In this document: positions 58,864-64,000 of the stretch, in pieces
Layout: the number at the start of each line of letters is the position of its first letter
Numbering within the stretch: position 1 is the first letter of the stretch
Origin: Patescibacteria group bacterium UBA3466
GTDB lineage: Bacteria > Patescibacteriota > Minisyncoccia > Phycocordibacterales > UBA918
Length of the DNA stretch: 64,000 bases
Assembly: GCA_002378195.1 (NCBI GenBank)
Contig: DFRJ01000002.1
Location: 22,911-86,910 of the forward strand
Reading direction: 5' to 3'
Position numbers and translations under genes: made by a program
The notes under the pieces: model-generated
What the model was told of the DNA's origin: nothing
Seen by the model: the letters and a program-made list of their open reading frames with translations, nothing else
Databases searched by the model: none

Positions 58864-59865
58864 ATGAAACAGAATACAAAGCTCTACGAGACAGCAGCTG
58901 CTCTCTTAGCCCCTGGAAAGGGTATTTTAGCTGCAGATGAAAGTGATGGAACTGCCGGGAAGCGACTACAAATGGTCAATCTTCCTAATGAGCCAGAAAA
59001 TCGACAAGATTTTCGCGAGATTTTATTTACTGCCCCAGGTATTGAGGAGTATCTGTCAGGCGTAATTATGTATGATTCGTCGATTCGTAACACTACCGAT
59101 GACGGTATTCCGTTTGCGGATGTGCTAACCGCTCGAGGTATTGTGCCGGGTATTAAGGTTGACCTGGGTACTCGAGAACTTGAAGGTTTTAAGGGGGAAG
59201 TGGTCACTCAGGGTCTTGATAACCTGGCTGAACGCTTCAAGGAATACTACGACCTAGGCGCTAGGTTCGCGAAGTGGCGCATGGTGGTGACGATTGATGA
59301 GGACGAAACACCAACCGATGAGGCTTTGGTAGTGAACTCAATTATGATGGCACGTTATTCTCAGATTGCGCAAGCGGCCGGAATCGTGCCGATCGTTGAG
59401 CCTGAAGTAATTCATACTGGGGATCATTCACTCGAGAAAGCGGAGAAGGTGACTACTCGAGCGACTCAGATTCTGTTTAAAACTCTTATCGACTACAAGG
59501 TTGATATGCAAGGCTTGATTCTAAAGTCATCAATGGTATTAGCGGGGGACAAGCATCCAGAACAAACTCCAGCTGATGCGGTAGCAAACGCAACGATTCG
59601 TACTTTTCACATGAGTGTGCCGCATGACTGTGCTGGTATCGTGTTCTTGTCTGGCGGTCAAACCCCAGAGCGGTCCACTGAAAATCTAAATGCCATTGCT
59701 AAGCTCGGCGAGCAACCGTGGCCAATCACTTTCTCATTCTCACGAGCAATTGAAGAGCCAATGCTGAAAGCTTGGGATGGAAAGAAAGAAAACGAAGATA
59801 AAGCGAAGGAGGTTTTGCTTGAAGTTTGCAAAAACAACAGTAAAGCTAGTCTCGGACAGCTTTAG
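58864..59865 (+). CDS. fba: Fructose-bisphosphate aldolase, class I
   Basis: APGKGILAADESDGTAGKRL and the GIKVDLG Schiff-base lysine region align with class I (animal/archaeal-type) aldolases. Confidence 0.8.
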   Translation: MKQNTKLYETAAALLAPGKGILAADESDGTAGKRLQMVNLPNEPENRQDFREILFTAPGIEEYLSGVIMYDSSIRNTTDDGIPFADVLTARGIVPGIKVDLGTRELEGFKGEVVTQGLDNLAERFKEYYDLGARFAKWRMVVTIDEDETPTDEALVVNSIMMARYSQIAQAAGIVPIVEPEVIHTGDHSLEKAEKVTTRATQILFKTLIDYKVDMQGLILKSSMVLAGDKHPEQTPADAVANATIRTFHMSVPHDCAGIVFLSGGQTPERSTENLNAIAKLGEQPWPITFSFSRAIEEPMLKAWDGKKENEDKAKEVLLEVCKNNSKASLGQL

Positions 59866-59870
59866 GAGAT

Positions 59871-59906
59871 AAAAAGGCCGGCCCCGAAGGGGCCGGCCTT
59901 TTTATT
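59871..59906 (+). terminator. Intrinsic terminator (AAAAAGGCCGGCCCC-gaag-GGGGCCGGCCTTTTTATT)
   Basis: The same stem as the terminator at 58818 with the loop inverted. A second hairpin (AGCCCTTGCGGGCT, 59929-59942) serves the minus-strand rpmG. Confidence 0.8.
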
Positions 59907-59947
59907 CGACTTACAAGAAAAAACAAAAAGCCCTTGCGGGCTAATGT

Positions 59948-60127
59948 TTACTTTTTCTGTTTGTAGACCGTGTGCTTTTTAGCGATTGGGTTGAACTTAG
60001 TAGTTTCGTATCGCGCTCCAGGGTCCTTTTTGTTTTTGTTGTTGTATCGAGTGTAGTAAACATGACCTTTCCCGAGGCCATTTTCGTCGCCGACTGACAC
60101 CATCTTGATTAATAAATCCTGTGACAT
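59948..60127 (-). CDS. rpmG: 50S ribosomal protein L33 (zinc-free form)
   Basis: The C-terminal GHVYYTRYNNKNKKDPGARYETTKFNPIAKKHTVYKQKK aligns with L33 (GHFYTTTKNKR...KFDPVVRQHVIYKEAK). The ORF-track N-terminal extension is unlikely to be real; start put at the internal MSQ... ATG. Confidence 0.6.
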   Translation of the reverse strand: MSQDLLIKMVSVGDENGLGKGHVYYTRYNNKNKKDPGARYETTKFNPIAKKHTVYKQKK

Positions 60128-60286
60128 ATTGGTCGAGATTCTAGCAAAACAGGCCATAAACGTCAATGTGTCAATTAGAAAATAACACTTTTTCACTATT
60201 CACTGCTAAAAATAGAGGATAGTGAAACAAGGTGTTATTATGACCTTAAGCTACCGTGTGTTACGCCTGCGGAGTGGTTAACTTAT

Positions 60287-61510
60287 ATGAGAGTACTGAC
60301 TTTTGGTTGGGAATTCCCACCGTCTAAAAACGGCGGTCTGGGTGTTGCTTGCTATGGATTAACTCAACAACTCATCAATAAAGGGATAGAGGTGATTTTT
60401 GTTTTGCCTAAAACCCAAGAAACTCGAGGAAACGCTCGGTTTGTTTTTGCAGACCAAGAAAGGCTACTTAAAATGGTTCATACCGATGTCACTCCTGGTC
60501 CTTATAATCAGGCAAAATCAACTGTTGATGTGATAGTTGGTTACGATAAGGCAGGCAACCCCATTGTTAAATCTCGCAGTATTCTAGAAGAAGCTCACCG
60601 CTTCGCGCACCACGCTTCTTTTATTGCTAAGGAAGAAGAGTTCGATGTCATTCATGCCCATGATTGGACATCCTATTTGGCTGGAGTGGCCGCTAAGCTA
60701 GCTAGTGGCAAACCTCTGATTCTGCATGTACACGCCACCTCCTTCGATCAGGCCGCTAGTGATAATGTTGATCCTTCTATCTATAAGATAGAAAAAGAAG
60801 CCTTTGATATGGCCGACAAAGTGGTAACAGTGAGTGGTTTTACTAAAGAGATATTGGTGAAAAAGCATCACGTTCCAGCCGAAAAGGTTGAGGTGGTGCA
60901 CAATGGATGCGATACAGAGGAGCCGATTTGGCACACCCCAGTGCTACAAAATCTAAAGAATCAGGGTAAGAAAATTATTCTCTATCATGGTCGCATTAGT
61001 ATTCAGAAAGGCGTTGACTACTTTGTGAAAGCTGCCCGACGCGTGGTCGATGTCGATCCTGATGTGGTGTTTGTGATTTCTGGTTGGGGTGACATGAAGA
61101 CCCAGGTGATAGACATGGTCGGGGAAATGGGTCTCTCAAAACACGTGCTGTTCGCTGGCGCATTATGGGAAGAAGACCGAGACCGTATGTATCAGACGGC
61201 CGACTTGGTCGTGATGCCATCCGTATCGGAGCCTTTTGGTCTTGTGCCGTTGGAAGCGTTGCAGCACGGGACTCCTTCTATAATCACCAAACAGTCAGGT
61301 GTGGCTGAAGTACTGACGCATGCTCTAAAGGTTGATTTTTGGGATGTGGACGAGATGGCTAATCAAATTGTCTCAAGTCTCAGGTACCCAGTTATTAGGC
61401 AACAGATGGTAAGAGAAGGAAAAGAACAGATGAAGGGTATGTCGTGGCAAAGAGCTGCCGATAAGGTCAGGCAGATTTATCAGAGTCTGTTACAATATGT
61501 AACAAGTTAG
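60287..61510 (+). CDS. GT-B fold retaining glycosyltransferase (GT4/GT5-like; putative alpha-glucan/glycogen synthase)
   Basis: N-terminal WEFPPSKNGGLGVA (cf. glycogen-synthase E..P..K.GGL) and C-terminal E..G..P.EA motif (SEPFGLVPLEALQHGTP). Confidence 0.65.
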   Translation: MRVLTFGWEFPPSKNGGLGVACYGLTQQLINKGIEVIFVLPKTQETRGNARFVFADQERLLKMVHTDVTPGPYNQAKSTVDVIVGYDKAGNPIVKSRSILEEAHRFAHHASFIAKEEEFDVIHAHDWTSYLAGVAAKLASGKPLILHVHATSFDQAASDNVDPSIYKIEKEAFDMADKVVTVSGFTKEILVKKHHVPAEKVEVVHNGCDTEEPIWHTPVLQNLKNQGKKIILYHGRISIQKGVDYFVKAARRVVDVDPDVVFVISGWGDMKTQVIDMVGEMGLSKHVLFAGALWEEDRDRMYQTADLVVMPSVSEPFGLVPLEALQHGTPSIITKQSGVAEVLTHALKVDFWDVDEMANQIVSSLRYPVIRQQMVREGKEQMKGMSWQRAADKVRQIYQSLLQYVTS

Positions 61511-61517
61511 TCGCATC

Positions 61518-62924
61518 ATGCTCACCGTTTGTCCTTATTTCCACGTTCATCAACCTTATCGAGTCAAACCTTATCGAGTGTTTGATATTGGAAGTGATGA
61601 TCAGTATTTTAATGACCAGAGCGGCACCGATTTGGACAATCGTTTCATTGTTGAAAAGGTGGCCGAAAAATCATATCGACCCACCAATAGGGTTTTGAAA
61701 GAGTTGCTTGATCGACATCCTGAGTTCCGGTTCAACTTGTCTTTCTCTGGTACGGTCTTAGATCAATTTGAAGCGTATGCTCCTGACGTACTCGAATCTT
61801 TTCAGGAGCTAGTGGCCACTGGTCGCGTAGAGATTTTGGCCGACACTTATCACCACTCTTTAGCTTTCTTCTACTCTGTCCCCGAATTCAAACGTCAGGT
61901 AGAAAAACACGAACGCAAGATTAAAAAACTCTTCGGGGTGAAGCCGCGGGTGTTTCGAAATACCGAGCTGTCGTATCGAAACGACCTAGCGAAGTGGTGT
62001 GAAGATAATGGGTATTTGGGTATCATGGCTGAGGGCTGGGATAAGTATTTGGGTTGGAGAAGTCCGAATTATCTGTACCGACCCGCCGGTTGCAAGAAGA
62101 TCAAGGTGCTTTTGAAGAATTACAAACTATCTGACGACATTGCTTTCAGGTTTGGAAACAAAGAATGGGATAGTTGGCCTCTAAACGCGGAAACCTATGC
62201 CGATTGGATACATTCTCATCACGGTGATGGTGAAACCGTAAACCTGTTCATGGACTATGAGAGTTTTGGTGAGCATCAATGGGAAGATACCGGTATTTTT
62301 GATTTTTTACGATCTTTACCAGAGATGTTGCTCCGTCACCCTGATACAGGTTTTAAAACCGCTACTGAAACTGTGCAGAGCTACGACGTGACCGGTGAGT
62401 ATGATGTACCAGATGTGCTGACTTGGGCTGACACTGACCGAGACCTGACTGCTTGGACTGGCAATGATATTCAACGCGATGCTCTGAATGCTATTTATTA
62501 TATGGAAAAAGATGTAATGGCTACCAAAAACCGCAGCATCATCGAAACCTGGCGCAAGTTGCAGACGTCAGACCACTTCTATTACATGTGTACCAAGTGG
62601 TCTAACGACGGCGATGTGCACGCTTACTTCAGTCCCTACCAATCCCCATATGATGCCTATATTGCCTTTATGAATGCGCTCAGTGATTTACAATTAAGGG
62701 TAAGCCAAGTGGTGGCTGAACGTAGAGAAAAAGAAGCTTCAACAGAGACTCCTCATGAGACCATGACCAGTGAAGAAGAGGTGGTAGAGACAGAGAACGT
62801 TGAAGAGTCTGTTCAGATTGAACAAAAAGTGAATCCCGTTAATCCTCCTTCGCCGCGTAAGTGGTGGCAAAAAATACTGGATTCAATCCCGTTCCTTAAA
62901 AGCCCTCAACAGGGAGAAGTATAG
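61518..62924 (+). CDS. Glycoside hydrolase family 57 protein (alpha-amylase / branching-enzyme type)
   Basis: N-terminal HVHQPYR GH57 hallmark, followed by a (beta/alpha)7 region. Sits 8 nt after the GT4 gene. Confidence 0.65.
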   Translation: MLTVCPYFHVHQPYRVKPYRVFDIGSDDQYFNDQSGTDLDNRFIVEKVAEKSYRPTNRVLKELLDRHPEFRFNLSFSGTVLDQFEAYAPDVLESFQELVATGRVEILADTYHHSLAFFYSVPEFKRQVEKHERKIKKLFGVKPRVFRNTELSYRNDLAKWCEDNGYLGIMAEGWDKYLGWRSPNYLYRPAGCKKIKVLLKNYKLSDDIAFRFGNKEWDSWPLNAETYADWIHSHHGDGETVNLFMDYESFGEHQWEDTGIFDFLRSLPEMLLRHPDTGFKTATETVQSYDVTGEYDVPDVLTWADTDRDLTAWTGNDIQRDALNAIYYMEKDVMATKNRSIIETWRKLQTSDHFYYMCTKWSNDGDVHAYFSPYQSPYDAYIAFMNALSDLQLRVSQVVAERREKEASTETPHETMTSEEEVVETENVEESVQIEQKVNPVNPPSPRKWWQKILDSIPFLKSPQQGEV

Positions 62925-62935
62925 TTCTTAAACAA

Positions 62936-63370
62936 ATGCCAACTAAAAAAACAACCAAAAAAACTGCCAAGAAGGCAGTAAAATCTAGTTCAAAGACTGG
63001 GCAGGCTAAAAAAACAACTGCTAAAAAGACGGTAAAGAAAACCGTCAAGAAAAGCACACCTAAGAAGACGGTGAAGAAAACTTCTAAAAATACCGCTGCA
63101 AAGCCGCTAGTTTTTGCTAGTAACAACACATCATTCTGGGTTAACGATGGTCAAATTTTAAATAGTCTAGTAGCACTCAGAGACGCGTTTGATGGTATGG
63201 ATAAGGCTGTATACGAATATCATGCTAAAGGAAACGACCAAAATGACTTTGCGAATTGGGTGGGGGTAGTTTTGTGCGACGGTGATTGTGCTGCCGCTCT
63301 AGAGAAAGCCAAGACACCGCGCTCCGCCAAGACAGTAGTAGTGAAGCACCTTAAGTACTACGCAATTTAG
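62936..63370 (+). CDS. Lys-rich (histone-H1-like KKTVKKT repeats) N-terminal tail fused to a small Cys-containing globular domain; hypothetical DNA/RNA-binding protein
   Basis: The first ~60 aa are KKT/AKK repeats resembling the RpoD N-terminal tail in this window. The C-terminal ~80 aa has no recognised motif. Confidence 0.45.
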   Translation: MPTKKTTKKTAKKAVKSSSKTGQAKKTTAKKTVKKTVKKSTPKKTVKKTSKNTAAKPLVFASNNTSFWVNDGQILNSLVALRDAFDGMDKAVYEYHAKGNDQNDFANWVGVVLCDGDCAAALEKAKTPRSAKTVVVKHLKYYAI

Positions 63371-63375
63371 TTGTA

Positions 63376-64000
63376 TGGCTCGCTCTGTCACAATCGGTAA
63401 TGGAAATATGTTAGTTGGCCTTGACCTAAAGGGTCAGGTTCGTGATTTCTATTATCCGTTTGTGGGAGAGGCAAATCACGTTAGTGGAGCTAGTGGAAAT
63501 TTTGTTCACCGGATTGGAGTTTTTGTAGACGATCAAATTTCTTGGCTGGACGACCCGAGTTGGCGGGTGTCTTGTGGTCTAAATGAAGGAACTGGAATCG
63601 GATCTTTGTTTGCAGAGAATACTGGTATTGGTATTTCTATCAGTAGTCGAGATGTCGTCCATAATGAGCAAAATATTTTTTTACGACACTTTACCGTTCA
63701 TAATCACCACGACAAAACCCGAGAGGTAAAACTTTACCTGTCACAACAATTTAGAATTCATGAATCGCGTCGTGGCGATACTGGCTTTTATGATCCGAGA
63801 GTTAATGCTGTAATTCATTACAAGGGTGATACCACAATGTTGGTGAATGCGGTGTGTGCGGGACACGCTTTTCAGTCTTACAACATCGGTCTGTTTGGTA
63901 TTGAAGGGAAGGAGGGTACTTACCTAGATGCTGAGGATGGTAGGCTGGAAAAAAATCCAGTGGAACACGGCTCGGTTGATTCTGTGTTGGAATTATCATT
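63376..64000 (+). CDS. Partial CDS (5' part): GH15-family glucoamylase/glucodextranase-like, N-terminal beta-sandwich domain
   Basis: ATG at 63376 and an open frame to the window end (absent from the ORF track because it has no stop). MARSVTIGNGNMLVGLDLKGQVRDFYYPFVG resembles the GH15 N-terminal IGNG..LA.VD..GSI.W..P.FD motif. Confidence 0.5.

Noticed and set aside
59948-60196. Full 82-aa ORF for the L33 gene
   Set aside because: L33 is ~50-55 aa and only the C-terminal ~55 residues align; the N-terminal 23-30 residues are hydrophobic read-through of the upstream spacer. The start was moved to the internal ATG, with residual uncertainty between the MSQ and MVS starts.

Overview
This is a gene-dense chromosomal segment of about 45% GC, read in the standard genetic code. 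Nearly all of it is single-copy housekeeping genes in minimal-length forms: pheS/pheT, gyrB, thrS, dnaE, rnhB, rpmF, nusB, rnc, rnr, rpsP-khpA-trmD, rpoB-rpoC, dnaG-rpoD, prmC, uppP, fba and rpmG. The streamlining, the Lys-rich histone-like tails on several proteins, the tandem type IV pilins, a sortase and class I aldolase are consistent with a CPR/Patescibacteria-type genome, perhaps Saccharibacteria-like; this is inference, not a search result. No integrase, transposase, CRISPR array or rRNA is visible.

The accessory content worth attention is:
(1) A cell-surface locus at 8994-13683: a membrane-anchored protein with one Cys-bounded Ig-like repeat, divergently placed from a sortase, followed by an ~870-aa protein with six such repeats, a Gly8 linker, a sorting-signal-like motif + TM, and then an unexpected ~270-aa cytoplasmic tail.
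(2) Three tandem type IV pilin paralogs translationally coupled to a hinge-less SMC-like ATPase and an isopentenyl-phosphate kinase; a DsbA-like oxidoreductase lies elsewhere in the window.
(3) A QxxRW processive GT2 synthase with an overlapping partner gene.
(4) A single-ORF NusB-NUDIX fusion.
(5) A GT4/GH57/GH15 alpha-glucan cluster.
(6) Several intergenic regions packed with long perfect palindromes or unexplained non-coding sequence. These include a tRNA-Thr followed by two extra copies of its own 3' end, a ~450-bp non-coding region ending in a terminator, a ~500-bp unassigned region between rnhB and rpmF, and a perfect 32-nt palindrome after rpoD.

All calls rest on reading the supplied translations and sequence; no database search was possible.
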